Source: the human T2T-CHM13v2.0 reference genome, Homo sapiens
NCBI RefSeq assembly: GCF_009914755.1
Contig: NC_060925.1
DNA length: 64,000 bases
Strand: one strand, 5' to 3'
The position numbers were made by a program, and so were the translations under genes. The first letter of the stretch is position 1, and each line of letters begins with the position of its first letter. Positions 28,971-44,050 of this stretch are shown one piece after another. The notes beneath the pieces are model-generated. The model did not search any database and was not told the origin of the DNA. It saw only the letters and a list, made by a program, of their open reading frames with translations.

Positions 28971-29256
28971 GAGATGGAGTCTTGCTCTGTTGCCCAGGCT
29001 GGAGTGCAGTGGCATGACCTCGGCTCACTGCAAGCTCCGTCTGCCTCCTGAGTTCACACCATTCTCCTGTCTCAGCCTCCCGAGTAGCTGAGACTACAGG
29101 CGCCTGCCACCACGCCTGGATAATTTTTTTGTATTTTTAATAGAGACGGGGGTTTCACTGTGTTAGCCAGGATGGTCTTGATCTCCTGACCTCATGATCT
29201 GCCCGCCTCGGCCTCCCAAAGTTTTGGGATTACAGGCGTGAGCCACTGCACCTGGC
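28943..29256 (-). mobile_element. AluY
   Basis: Long T tract; TSD ctcttctgc(t/g)actct. Confidence 0.95.
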
Positions 29257-30179
29257 CTCTTCTGCGACTCTTAATAATTACAAATTGATTTCAGCTGGGA
29301 ACAGAAAAAATGTTATGCATATTTCAAAGTAAACTTAGACTAAAGTAGGATTGGATATTGAAAATTTTTTCATAAGCTTTTAATATGCAACTTAATAGAA
29401 AAAAGTTTGTTAAATATAACACATTTATGAAATATTCAATTAATTTTATGAAAAAAACTTCAGTAAGCCCTGCTATAATTTGAAAGTAATATCTTTGTTG
29501 GGGATTTGTTTTTAAAAAGAAAGATCTACATAAAAAATAAACCTTGAATAAATGTGTTTATTGAAATTATAAAAAGTGTATTATTCATTTGGTTTCGATA
29601 CCCCCAATTAAAAGTTATTTATTTTCTAGACATAATGTTGGTAGGATTTTCATTATTTACAATTACTAAAATAAACTGCAAAATTTTGCCTGAAACTGAA
29701 ATACAATATAAGGTGGCTACTCCCAAAGTAATCATTTTCCTTTCAGTTTAGACTATATTCACCGGGCTCTCTTCAGCTTATAAATGTTTCTATCGATGGT
29801 GCCTAGAAATGTAGATATTATGCTTTTTAGTGAAGAAGAATTAAGACCCCTAAAAGCCTTTAGAACAACCTGGTCACTAGTACCTGGTCACTAGTCACTC
29901 TGCCCTTAGTCACTAGTCAGTAATTTAGACAGAAGTCAATTAACATTTGTGAAAGTAGTAAATGAGCTGTTCAGGTAAGGCAGCTTGCATTAATGCACAT
30001 TCCAATTTTGGTGCCTAATTTATTGCCAAAAATTTGACTTTGTTTTTCCCTGAAAACTGGAAACTCAAATTATCTACAGAGTATTTAATAGCAGCGTTTG
30101 AAAAGAACAGGACACTTGTTTACTTTGATTGTTTGGGGGATGATTGTAAACTGATACCTGTATTCAAGTTTAATTCTAC

Positions 30180-30642
30180 GGCAGCACTTCTTAATTCCTG
30201 GAACCTGTGGATATGTTACCATATATGGCAAAGAAGTAAAGTCACAGATGAAATTAAGATCAGCGGAACTTAACATAGGGAGATTATCCTGGATTATCTA
30301 GGTAGGCCCAGTGTAGTCACAAGGGTCCTTAAAAGTGAAAGACAAAGAAGAGGTTAGAGTATGCTATGTGAGACTTAACTCTCCCTTCTGACTTTGAAGT
30401 TGGAGGTTGGGGGCCACAAACCAAGAAGTGCTGGTGGGCTCTAGAGATTGGAAAAGGCAAGAAAGCAGATTCTCTCTTAGAGGCTCTGGAAAGAAAGGAA
30501 TGCAGCCCCACTGACTCTGGTTTAAGTCCAGTGAGACCTGTGTCAGATATCTGAACTACAAAGCTGTAAGATAATAGATTTGTGTAGTTTTAAGTCACAA
30601 AATTTGTGGTAATTTGTTACAGCATTAAGAGAAAACTAATAC
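30180..30642 (+). mobile_element. MLT1 (MLT1D-like) LTR
   Basis: ctggaacctgtggatatgttacc ... gaaaactaataca. Confidence 0.82.
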
Positions 30643-30859
30643 AGCATGACTATAGAGTATTCCACAGACCATTAGGTAGAAGCCTTTTGTTTAGACTGGA
30701 AATTCATAGGCTAAGCATGGCAGAAGGGAAGGAGGACCAAGGAGTTATTAATCTAACTTTTTTTTTTTTTTAGTATGTTCACTGTGCTAGTTACAGGGAT
30801 TACAAAAATTGGAAAGAAAATACAATCCCCATGCTCACAGAGTTTATAGTCTAGTTTGC

Positions 30860-32160
30860 AGTCTAACTTCATATACCTTCAGTTGAACTCCTGAACTTCT
30901 CTTTCAAATCTGCTGTTCCCATGGGATCTCCATCTCAATAAATAGCAACTCCATGCTTTCAATTTCTTAGGCAAAATTCATTGATGTTATCCTTCTCATA
31001 AGCGATATGTTCAAGTCACCAGTGAATCTTATTGGGTCTACTTAACAAAAATACCCAGAATCCAGTCACTTTTCCCATATCACTTTCACCTGCCTGATCT
31101 AAGCACCCTCATCTCTCCCATGGATTTTTAAATGTCTCGCAGCTGGATTTCCTGCTTCAGCCTTTTCCTTGCTGCAGTCTTTTCTCAACACAGCAGTCAT
31201 ATTGATCCTTAAATTGTGGGACAGATGGAGTAAAGTAACTTCTCAGCTCAAAACCATCCAATAGCTCTCCACCTCATTCAGAGTGAAAGCCAAGGTCCTA
31301 ATACACGACCTAGCCCCCCTTGTGGTATATTATATAGCTGTTTCCAATTATATCATTCCCAGCCACTACCTCCCGTACCTGTAAGAGGATCATACATTCC
31401 CACCTTCTGCCAATCAGGCAGAGAATCCCTCCCCCATTATCAGGATTGACTTACTTGCTTAGGCCAATAGAATGTGAACAGGAGGCACAACATGTCAGTG
31501 CCAAGGAGAAAGTTAGGAAGCATTATGTAGTTCCATTAGCTCTCTTGCTTTTTTCTCTGCTGTGAAAGTGGTATGTGTGAAATAAGGCCTGCTTCTTCAG
31601 CCTGGATCCCGGAATAAGAAGACTTGCAGCAGCTCATCCACACCACAGTGCATAGCATGAGAAGAAATAAATGTTTGTTACCGTATGTCACTGAGATGTA
31701 GGGGTCATTTGTTACTGCAGCAAAGCTGACTAATATATCCCTGTCACCTTTCTGACCAGCTTTGCCTGTAGTCTTTCCCTGACTCTGCTCCAGCCATCAT
31801 GACCTTCTTGCTGTTTTCTTAAATATGCCAGGCATGATCCTTCCCCAGAACCTTTAAACATACTGTTCCCTCCACCTGAAAATACTCTTCCTCTCCCAGA
31901 TATCTGTGTTTCTTGCTTTCTCCTTTTTCAGATCTTTGTTCCAATGTCCAGTTCCTTTTCTTACCTTATTTTTCTCCTTAGTAGTTCTCACCACTTAAAA
32001 TACTAATTATATTTTCCTCCTTTATTTGTTTATTTGTTCTGTCTTCCCCTAGAATGTGAGCTTGCACAAGGGGTTTTGCCTATTTTGTTCACTGCTGTAT
32101 CCCTAACACCTAGGATAGCATCTGGTGCAGCATAGTCACTCAATATATATATGTGGAATA
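30860..32160 (+). mobile_element. L2 with a nested old MLT1 LTR (~31321-31737)
   Basis: Pyrimidine-rich L2 3' motifs; MLT end tttgttactgcagcaaagctgactaata. Confidence 0.72.
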
Positions 32161-32216
32161 AATAGTGGTGGTGGTGATGGTGTGTGCGTGGGGTGAGGCT
32201 AAGTGGTGTGAAGAGT

Positions 32217-32365
32217 TTTTCACCATGTTGGCCAGGTTGATCTCGAACTCCTGACCTCGCGATCCACCCACCTCGGCCTCCCAAAATGCTGGGATTACAG
32301 CCATGAGCGTGCCACATACTCCAGCCTGGGTGACAGAGCAAGACTCTGTCTTGGGGAAAAAAAGA
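32217..32365. mobile_element. Rearranged Alu: inverted left arm fused to a forward 3' end
   Basis: Reverse left arm to ~32309, then gtgccacatactccagcctgggtgacagagcaagactctgtct and an A-rich tail. Confidence 0.85.
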
Positions 32366-32617
32366 AAGTTTTTCAAGTATTTTACATCAAACTAAAATGC
32401 AGCTGGGATAGCATATGGAGAAGGGGTACATTGATAAGGAATCTTCTGAAAAAAAGGAATAGATGAAAGATTTGAAATTATGCTAAGACTGGGAAGTGAT
32501 ATGGAGGACATTTGACAGTCTAAAGAGTTGAGTCAGATCCATTCATTGCAGAATATCTTAAAAATAGAAATTGTCAGAATCATAAAATATTGATTAGATA
32601 ATAAAATCCTGCTTTTT

Positions 32618-32942
<325 letters not shown>

Positions 32943-34576
32943 TCAATGATTTAAAATAGTTTCATTTGCAATGAAACACAGCAGTTATCATTGAAATCCA
33001 AGGGATCATCTAGTACAGAGGTTAAGAATGTGGCTATTGGAGCCAGGCTGCTTGGGCTCACAGCCTGACACCACTGCCTATTGCGCTCTGTGTCCCTTCA
33101 GGAGAGTCACCTGAACCTCTTGGGGCCTCGTTTTCTCATTATAAAATGGAGATGAAGATAATAGTAATAATAAAATGTGGTTATCTAGTATTCAATAGTA
33201 CAGTAGGAAAATTATAGTTAACCATAATCCATTGCATATTTCAAAATGCTAGAAGAATTGTAATGTTCCCAACACAAAGATAAATGTTTCAGATGATGGA
33301 TAATCCCAGTTATGCTGATTTGACCATTATACATTGTATACATGTATCAAAGTATCACATGTACCCCCAAATATGCACAACTATTATATGTCAATAAAAA
33401 TGTTTTAATGTGGTTAAGATTAAATTAAAAACACAAGTAAAGTACTTGGAACTGTGCTTGGCACATAGTAAGCACTTCACAAATGTGAGCTATTATTTTT
33501 ATCATTTAAAAAAATTCATATGAGAAAATCTAAAGGGAAGATGTTTACACAGGAACACAGACACACTCACATCCACACTTTGGACAAGATTTTGTGATCC
33601 AGCATCTAGGAATAAAATAAAACTTGTGATATTTTGACCATGGGCTATGAAATAATAGTCTGTGTTGATTTGTTAAAGTGACGCAAACCAGTCAGAGATG
33701 ATTGAGTTGATTGATGACACTTTATTTCATTAAGTCTTCACAATCACCTTGTGGGGTAGATTTTATTATTATCCCCATTAAATAGATGAATAAACTGAGA
33801 CTTAGAGAAGGTAAGTAATTTGCCCAAGGTCACTCAGCTGGAAGAAGTAGAGCCTGTTTAAAAACTCTGCTGGCCAGGCTCCTGCAGTCACACTCCTAAC
33901 CATTTAAACAGAATGGGACAAAGGTGAGCATGGCGGAGATGACAAGGATTTGATGTCATGGTGATGACCTTGGCCAGTGTTCTGTCCTGTCAAAATTGAT
34001 AAGCAGTTCCATGGAAAACTTTTGGAGGCATTCTCTCTGATAGGCCAAATAAGGCCTTAGTGGTTTTGTGTTCACATGCTGAGATAAAAGTATGAGCTCA
34101 ATTACGTTAATTTAAAAATTATATATGCATATGCACACTGTGGGCCTGTCACTCCCAGTGGCCTATCTTGTCTTTGTAGCTGGGCTACCTGTTGGGAAGC
34201 CCAGCAAAAGGCAGCACAGAGCAGCTACCTGGGATGGGAACTTCAGTGAGAGGCGGGGAAGCCAAGTCCTCTGTCGTGCTTCCATGGCAGGACCTATGGC
34301 TGAGACTTTGTTCTGGCAGGTCACCACGGTGCGCTTCAGCTAAATGGCTCCACCAGAACAGTAAGATCTCATCAGTAAGATTGTTGTTGCAATAAGCCTT
34401 TGTCACAGAACACCCGTTCTATGAAGATACAGGTTGATTTAGCCCAGGGTAAAACTTAGAAAACATATTCTTACGTTTATTAAATGATAATGTTTAGTAT
34501 TTGAAATTGTAAGTTGTTTGCAAATTGTAACAATTTACTAATAATATCATCTCTTTATGCAGCCCAAGTCAGAACC

Positions 34577-34640
34577 ATGGCTCCAAAACAAAAGAAAAAG
34601 ACATCACGTGGCAAAAAAAGACTAAAACCAGTATTAGCTG
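34577..34640 (+). CDS. DNAI3: DNAI3/WDR63 exon 2, first coding exon (MAPKQKKKTSRGKKRLKPVLA); the exon begins at 34563
   Basis: Acceptor ctctttatgcag|, Kozak ACCATGG, donor CTG|GTAGGA; 64 coding nt. Confidence 0.93.
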
Positions 34641-34996
34641 GTAGGAATATTTCTTCATTGAATGGGATTTTTTGTGGAGTATTTGTGTATATATTAGCAG
34701 CAAAATGATTATGGTTTTACATATCAAATGAAATAAAATATTTCTGTGACATAAAGTCAAATGTATGAGGAATAAGATATATGGAGATTCATTCTTACTT
34801 TTGACTAATTTCATTATGATACCAATTAGATGCGATATAATAAATGCTGTAGTAAACATGTCACTAAGAGATAACAGTGTGAAAGACAATTATTCAGATT
34901 TTCTCTGTTTAATTATTCACAAGATAGTTTAAGTCTTCATTGTATATTTGCACTTATATTTTGTGTTTTGAGGTTTGGTAAAGATTATAGTAAACT

Positions 34997-35651
<655 letters not shown>

Positions 35652-35690
35652 TCAAAAATGTAAATTTGACTTCCTTTTATTATATTCTAG

Positions 35691-35729
35691 CTAGTGAAGA
35701 CATGGAACCAGTAAATATGGAGAGCATGG
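35691..35729 (+). CDS. DNAI3: DNAI3 exon 3 (ASEDMEPVNMESM)
   Basis: tattctag| ... G|GTAAGT; 39 nt, phase 1-1; keeps the frame. Confidence 0.9.
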
Positions 35730-37292
35730 GTAAGTGGAAATATAATTTACAACTTACATCCTCAGTTTTATAATATTTTAATAATGCAATAAGCAAGCAG
35801 GAATACTACAAACTGAAGTGATCAATCAAAATATACATGGGCTAAAATTATACCATTCCATTTAGAATATAAAATGAAAAATTTTTAAAAGAAAAAATAG
35901 GAGTAGAGAATTTCAAACTGAGAAATAAACTTCAACCAAGCAGTTAGTTAAAAATGCATTATATGATTATTGAAAGGCCTTTTATAACTATAAAGTGTTA
36001 TAAGCCTGCAACTTATGACTTTTATCAGATAAGTATTTTTTCAAACTTTTGCTCATAGGTAATATTTATCTGTACTTCACGCTAAGATGCCACTATTTCA
36101 AGGAAAGAGGCTGGTTTTTAAGCAAATAACTAGAACTTAGACAACTAAACTAATGTTGTTCCTACATGTAAAGGCTAAATAATCTTACAACAAGACTTCT
36201 TTTGGTGGGATGGAGGGGGAACCTCTCCCTTAGAGTTGACTTAGATGACACGCTTCACTTTTAGAAACAGAAAGGAGACAATGAGGGGGGCAAGGAGGAA
36301 GACCTAAAAGCCCTGTAGGCCACTGTAAAGATTTTGTCTTTTAATCGTATGGAATGAGGAAATATTGGTAGTATTTAAGCAAAGGGTGACTCCATCTGAC
36401 ATGTTTTTAAAGGGTCAGGTCATCCTGGCTACTGTGTAGCAAATTGCAGGAGCAAGGACTGAAGCAGAGAGACTAGTTAGGAAGTTTTTCCAACAATCCA
36501 GGGGAAAGATGGTGATGACCTGGGCCAGGGCAGTAGAGGGGGCAGAGGTGTGGAGTGTGGAGGTGGGGAGAAAGTGGGAGAATGTCAGCTAATGTAAGTG
36601 GCTCTGTTATCAGCACCCAGCACAGTGCCTGCAGCAGGATATGCTGCCCAATAAATATTTATTGAGTTAGTGAAACCTGGGAGTCATCTTTAATTTCTTT
36701 CTTTCTCTCCCTCCACACCTCCCTACCCCTTTCAAACCACCCCAGCTTATGTGAATTCCACCTGTTTTAAAATATATCTCAAACCCATCTGCTTCATATT
36801 ATCTTCCCACCTGCAACCTTAGTCCAAACCTCCGCACTCCTCACATCGGTTAGTTCCCAAGGCTCCTATTTGATATCACTGCTTCCACTCAGCCTCCTTC
36901 TGTCCATTTGGCGCACAGCAGCCCAACCATGCTTAAACTCCTCTTTCTTGCTTAAACTCCCCCATAGTCTTTCTTTGCCATTGGGCACAACTTGCAGTGG
37001 TCCTGGCTCCTGTGCTCAAGTGGTCCTGACCTTGTTTCCTCCTCCTCTTCGCCAACCTACAGCCCATCAGCCTTGCTTAGCACAGAATGTTCCAAATTTA
37101 TTCCAGCCTCAGGGCCATTGCTTTTGCTGTCCCTGATGCATAGATAGATCTTCCCTTTATGCAACTTTCTCTTTCTTATCATTGAGATCTAGACTACCAT
37201 CTCACTTCCTCAAGAGACTTTCCTTGACCTCTGTGTCACCTATTACCTTGTTTAATTGCTTTCATAGCACTTAAAATCCTGAAGTTAAAGTA

Positions 37293-37550
37293 CAGTCAAT
37301 TCTCGTTCGTGTATTCTATACAGTCCCTTTGAATACTGAATTAGCCAATACTGGACTATTGCTCCTAGGGGAAACACAGGGTTAGGTTCCTGTGAGCTTC
37401 TGTTCACATTTTCATTAACTAGTCAATACATAACCTTGTTTTATGTGTATTTCTGTTTAAAGACTCCTTATTTAATGTATATTGTTGATTCCTTAACACT
37501 GAACTCATGGCCAAATCATGGCAAACAGCACTATAACTCATTACTGAATA
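37293..37550 (+). mobile_element. MER82 (Tigger-family) 5' fragment
   Basis: ta-cagtcaattctc...gctcctaggggaaacacagggttaggttcctg. Confidence 0.75.
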
Positions 37551-37677
37551 AATAAATGAGTGAATGAGTTGTGTTCCCTCTTGCTCCTATCTAAATAGAC
37601 CACCACAGCTACCCTTCTTAGTTCCATCTCTCATCCTGTTTTCTCCCAGATAGCACTTATCACAATTTGTATTTACT

Positions 37678-37830
37678 TATTTTTGTTTTTTATTTATTTT
37701 CTTCTTTTTTTGTAGAGAAGGGTTCTTGTTATGTTGCCCAGGCTGTCTTGAACTCCTGGGCTCAAGGGATCCTCTTGCCTTGGCCTCCCAAAGTGCTGGG
37801 ATTACAGGTGTGAGCTACCATGCCCAGCCC
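37678..37830 (-). mobile_element. FLAM
   Basis: Single Alu left arm, reverse. Confidence 0.85.
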
Positions 37831-38529
37831 AGTTTGTATCTATGAGTGTACTTCATTGTTTATTATCTGTCTCTCTGTCTAGATTGGATACCCTGGCACT
37901 AGCATCATGCTTTTCACATAGTGGGTGCTCAGTAAATATTTCTTAACTAAATGAATTGACTGGTAAGAAAATCTATGAACCTGATAAAGGGGCACAGTTT
38001 GAGATGTATTCATTGAAAGTAAATGAACTGAAAAATAGGAATATGTTTGCTTAAGGGAAAGAAAAAACCAACCTCAGAACATTATGGTGAGACAAGTGTA
38101 GGTTTTGAGTTAGCATCTCCTTCTCCTCAAGCCTCTTTCTACCCCCAGACTCCCCTCAGGTAGCATCAGGACCCCTCTGACTTCCTCATGGTGGGCCCTG
38201 ACCTTGCCAACTGTTAATCAGGGCTGATGGCTGTCATGCTCCAAGAAACTGAGATCCCTTTTTCTAACAAGGAGCCAAGGTATCAATAGGCTAACTAAAA
38301 AACTGTCAGTCCTAAGGGCCTAACAAGGCAATGCCCAGAGGTTTCTGGAGAATAAATATAATTTTTACACATAGCTAATATTTGTGGAGCAATGACTTTC
38401 TGCCAGGCCCACTCTTCTTATTGCCTTAGCTCTATAAAGTAGGCATTATCAAGGCCATTACAGACATGAAGGTGCTGTGACTCCCGAATGTTAAATAATT
38501 TACCCAAATTATAATACGAGTTAGTGGTA

Positions 38530-39480
38530 TATGAGTTGCCTATTGCTGCTGTAACAAATTGCCACAAACTTAGTGGCTTAAACAATATAAATGTATCATT
38601 TAACAGTTCTGGAAATCAGGAGTCTGAAATTACTTTCACCAGGCTAATGTCAAGGTGTCAGCAGGGCTGATTATCGCTGGAGGCCCTGAGAGGTGAATAT
38701 GTTTCCTTGCCTTTTTCAGCTTCTAGAGGCCACTGTATTTATTGACTCCTGGCCCCTTCCTTCCTCTTCACAGCCAGCAGCATAGCATCTTTGAGTCATT
38801 CTCTATGACCTCTGTTTCCCTTGTCACATCTCCTTCCTTGACTTTGATCCTCCTGTCACCATCTTATAAGGCCCCTTGGGATTACACTGGGCCAATGTCA
38901 AAGGCCCAGTCATCTCCCCACCTCAAAATCCTTAACCTTCAGTATCTGGGATAAATGTTTTAAAAAATGAAAAATAAATAAATAAATAAAAAGAACATAA
39001 AAACAAAAACAACAAAAAGTAGAGATCCGTAACATAATTATATCCACAAATCCCTTTTCTTATGTAAGGTAACAATACAGAAGTGTATTAGTCTGTTCAC
39101 ATGCTTCTAATAAAGACATACCTGAGACTGGATAATTTATTTGAAAAAAGAGGTTTAATTGACTCACAGTTCTACATGGCTGGGGAGGCTTCACAATCAC
39201 AGTGGAAGGTGAATGAGGAGCAAAGTCACATCTTACACGGCAGCAGGCAAGAGAGCGTGTGTAGGAAAACTTCCCTTTATAAAACCATCAGGTCTCATGA
39301 GACTTATTCACTATCATGAGAACAGCACGGGAAAGACCTGCCCCCATGATTCAATTACCTCCCACTACACATGGGAGTTATTCAAGATGAGATTTGGGTG
39401 GGGACACAGCAAAACCATATTAACAAGTTTCAGGAATTAGGACATGAACATATTAGGGGGACATTATTCTGTTTGCCAGA
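38530..39480 (-). mobile_element. MLT1 LTR with a nested THE1 LTR (39084-39422)
   Basis: MLT1 motif attgctgctgtaacaaattgccacaaacttagtggcttaaa; THE1 tgtattagtctgttc...aaaccatat with agaag/acaag flanks. Confidence 0.85.
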
Positions 39481-39734
39481 AGTGGTTAATAGCACAGGCT
39501 TTGGAATTAGACAGACCTGGTTTAAGTCATAAACTTATGACTTAAAGTCATTTAGTGACTGTGTGGCCACAGATGACTTCACCTTCCTGAGCCTCTGCTT
39601 CTTCATCTGAAAAGCAAGATAGACTATCTACCTCATAAGATTGATGTGGAAATTAAATTAGTAGTACATGCACATTTCCTTACATAGGGCTGTCACAAAG
39701 TAGGTTCATGTTAACTCTTTTTACTATAAAAAGA

Positions 39735-40490
39735 TACTATAAAGACAGATAAGTAGATCAATGCATGAGAATAGAGTCCAAAAATAGACCACATGTGCAT
39801 GGTCAATTGATTTTCATCAAAGATGCAAAGATAATTCAGTGGAGAAGGGATAGTCTTTTCAACAAATGATGCTGGAACAGTTAGATAGCTGTAAGTAAGA
39901 AAGTGAACTCAATCCATACCTCACACCATACACAAAAATTAACTCAAAAGGAATCATAGACCTAAAGGTAAAACCAAATATTCTAAAACTTCTAGAAGAA
40001 AACAGGAGAAAATCTTTGTGACCTTAGAGTTGGCAAAGATTTCCCAGATATGACACCCACAGCCAAAATCCCAAGAAATCTTAAAGCTTTCTTAAGATTT
40101 TCTTTTTTAAAATCTTAAAGATTTTTTTCTTTTATGGAATACTTGCCAGCAATGGAATGAACCATTGCTACGTTCAACAATATGAATGAATCTCAAAATA
40201 GTTATGCTAAGAAGATAAACAAAAAGAGTACATTTATAAATATTCCAGAAAAAAGCAAACTAATCTATAGTGACAAGAAAACAGCTTAGTGGTTACTTGG
40301 GGTTACTTAGGGATGAAGGAGGTGTATTGGAAGGCAGGGGCAGGAGGAAACATTTGGGTCTTATGGGTATGTACTTTATCTTGATTGTGGTAATGGCTTC
40401 ATGGGGTATGTGCATATATTTATCAACTTGTACATATTGTATGCAGTTTATCGTTTGTCAATTATAACTCAGCAAAGCTGTTTTTAAAAA
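39735..40490 (+). mobile_element. Old L1M, ORF2 fragment joined to 3'UTR by an internal deletion
   Basis: ggtcaattgattttc...aaaaattaactcaaaa; 3'UTR end tcaattataactcagcaaagctgtt. Confidence 0.8.
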
Positions 40491-42611
40491 ACTAGATAGC
40501 AACCAAAATGTTAAAAAAAAAAAGAATGTACAATTGAAATGTATGAGAGTTGTTTTAAACAACGCTCATTATGTAGGATAATATATGTGTAACCTATGAT
40601 TTATATTGCATAGCCTTCTATTGTGTGCACATAGTAAGATTCTGAGGCATGAATTGTGTAGAGCTTGAGTCTGCCTTTGGTTCCTGCTAGGTGAATAACT
40701 GCCATTCACTGGATCCTATGGAACATCATCTCTGTTCCCTCCTTGTCTATGTGTAGAGAAGCAGGACCCTCTCCATGGATCTTCTGTGTCCACTCATTAG
40801 AGAGAAAGCATAGCATAGTTGAGTTCAGGGATCTTGGTTTTGATCCCAGTACCACCACTTTCAACTTCCAGAGGCTGACCTTGGACATGTTATTGAACTC
40901 TGTGGTCCTCAGTTTTCTCAGCTAAAAAATGGAGACAAATATAGTAACCACCTCTGAATGTTGTTGTGAAGACTAAATGAGTTAATAATACACATAAAGT
41001 GCTTAAAACTGTGCCTGGAGCAGTAGGTGCACCATGGAAGTGCCCTCGCAGACATTGTCCTTGTGATTGGCACTCCTGACTTCAGTCAGCTTCAGAAGGC
41101 CCTGAAGGCCTCCTCCTCTGCACCAACACTTGTTTTACACTCCTTGGAGCAACCAGCCTCCCACTCTGCTGGAGGCTCCAGGGAGCCCATCTCATTGCTG
41201 ATCACAGTGGCCTCATTGCTGTAGCCTATGGTGCTGTTCTCAGTGTGTGCCTCAAAGCCTACCCAATAGCAGTTGTTTTACAGTATTTGGCTGGTGACCC
41301 TTTGGGGTGGCCAGAAGCATCAGGCCTTGCCCTGGTTAGTTTAGTTCTCATGGCAATGGAGCGTGATGGTACTGGACTATAGCAGTTTTGTGTGATCTGT
41401 TGGCTGCCAGTTATCTGCAGTTATCACTGTTTGCCAACTCGAAGCAGAAACAGTCCACTAGTTTTACTGACTTCTAGATAAAGGAATGTTAGATCCTATA
41501 TTAGAGTTGCCTTGAAAAAGTCCAATTAGTGTGAAAGGATCATTTTTTGTGTGTGAAAAATATCAAGCCAGTAGAATTCGAAGTGTGTGTTTAGTAGGGG
41601 CAGATAACATAGAAAACAATCTTTGATGCTGTCTTTCCAGCGTCAAGGATGATAAAAAGCTTTCTGGTCTTCTGAATGCCTCTGTTTTATTAGGGACAGC
41701 TGCCTTCTTTTCGGCACTAGCACAGTGTGAGTCTCACAGTCCCACCTAGTGGTTTTCTCAGACAAAACTACAGAACTTTTGTTACCCATTCAACACTACA
41801 AATGCAGTCTGTTTGCAGAGGAGTACTTGATTCGAATCAAGTCAACAGTTACTTATTGAGCATCTTATAAGTGCCAGGTGTTATGGTTAGTCTTTTGAGG
41901 GAGATAAAAGTGTATAATTTGTCCTTCACTCATGAACAACTTGAATTCCCAATGTTATGCCAACTGACTGCAGTTTGAAATATGCTTCTGCATATAATCA
42001 GTGTTATGCATACAGTTATTTAAAACCTCCAAATTACCTGAATTATTGTATCATAGAGCCCCTGGGGTGGGGGAAAATATTTCTATTGGAAAATAAGCTC
42101 AAAATTCCAACATGAGAGGCCACATACACTTTCCCCCTTGCTGGCACATCTATTGAGAAGTTGGAGGGAGGATGGCCTGACATCCAGGGGCGTGGGTGCT
42201 AGAGGAGATGGGAGTGGACCCTGGGAGTTGGGGAGAGAGTCCTGGGGACAGATGCAGAGCTGAGACTGTTGTGGCTGATGATAGTGATATGAAGGATAAA
42301 AAAACAGGAAGAAGGCTTGAGAGAGGGGAGGGCAGCAGGCAAAATTCTCCTTTGTCCTCTAGCGTCCACCCTCCCGGGGCATGCTGCTGCTGAGGACTGG
42401 CCTGAGGCGCAAAGAAGGGATGGGAAGACCAGGGATGGAAGCCTCTTGAACCTCTCCTCTCTCCTGAGAGCAATACTGGGACTGGCAGCCAGATGGGAGG
42501 AAAGGGATTCCCTACCCACTTTCCTGTGTCCAAGGGTTTATTAATACAACCAACTGAGAAGCCACTATTTGAAAAATGTGAGGAATTGAGTAACAGTAAG
42601 TTTGACTGTGA

Positions 42612-42965
<354 letters not shown>

Positions 42966-43868
42966 TTAAGGGAAGGTTTCTTTAAAATGAGAGACCATTG
43001 AGCAAATCTGCATGCTGAGGGAAAGCAGCATGGAAGAAAGAAAAGCTGAAAGGAAAGGAATAGTTGAATGGATGCTGGTGGCTGAGGAGGGCAGGTCCTC
43101 TGAGTGCATAAGGGCAGAAAGGTGGTGCCCATTTTGATTAGCAGGTGGGCAGGGCTGCAGGACCTGGCAGGATTCTGTGCTATTCAGACCCTGTTTTCTC
43201 TGTGAAATAAAAAGCCAGTCACCTGGTAAGAGAGAGCAGCAGGGGAGAGGGTGAGGTTGGGGTGTTTTAGAAAAGTAATACAGGCTGAAAGCCTAAACAA
43301 GTGGTCATACCTTCCAACAAATAATTTCACTTTTTAAATCTATCCCAAGAAAATAATTTGAAATGCAATAAAAATTTATAACTAGATATTTGTTTGTAGG
43401 ATTATTTACAATAATTGGAAACAAGCAAGAAAAGAAATTAGAATGCTTACCAATACGAGAATGGTTTAAAATTATGCTATAGAATTCAATTCATCTAAAA
43501 TTATGTTTTAGACAGATACTTAGTGTCATTGTAAAATACTTGTGACATAATGGTAAGTATTAAAAGCAGTATTTAGAAGTTCATATGAGGTATATATGGA
43601 ATGACTAGAAGAAAATAAAACAAAATATTAATAGAGGTTTTTCTTCTTGAGAGGTAGTATTATGGGCCATTGTTATTTTCTTCTTTTTTAAAAATGTTTT
43701 TGGCATTTAAAAAATAATGGATATATTTACTTTAAATACAGGAATAATAATTTTAAAGTCTTAAAATTTAACCAAGATAATTATTAAAACCAAGCGATTG
43801 CATGTTTTCTAATGCTAATATTTTAAGTGGTCATATTTAATGTCCAAATTCCACTTTGTCTTTCCTAG

Positions 43869-44050
43869 GTCATCCAGAAATTTATCCTTTAGTATTAACC
43901 ACCAAGACCCAAGAAATATTTAACTGCCGAATAGATGAAGATGTCACAGATGAACAACCTTATAAGCTTATCAATAAAGAAGACATTTTTGAGGACCTGC
44001 GCAACAGAGCTGCAGTATCTGATTTCCACCCAGTCAAAAAAATTGTCCAG
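43869..44050 (+). CDS. DNAI3: DNAI3 exon 4 (GHPEIYPLVL...VKKIVQ)
   Basis: tttcctag| ... CAG|GTAAGC; 182 nt, phase 1-0. Confidence 0.95.

Noticed and set aside
29868-29895. 14-bp tandem duplication acctggtcactagt x2; similar short duplications near 1806-1860 and 50860-50885
   Set aside because: Ordinary slippage duplications; no spacer structure, not CRISPR-like
42150-42544. Purine-rich stretch with ORFs of 127 and 106 aa on the minus strand
   Set aside because: Low-complexity peptides with no splice or domain support; probably a decayed L2-type sequence
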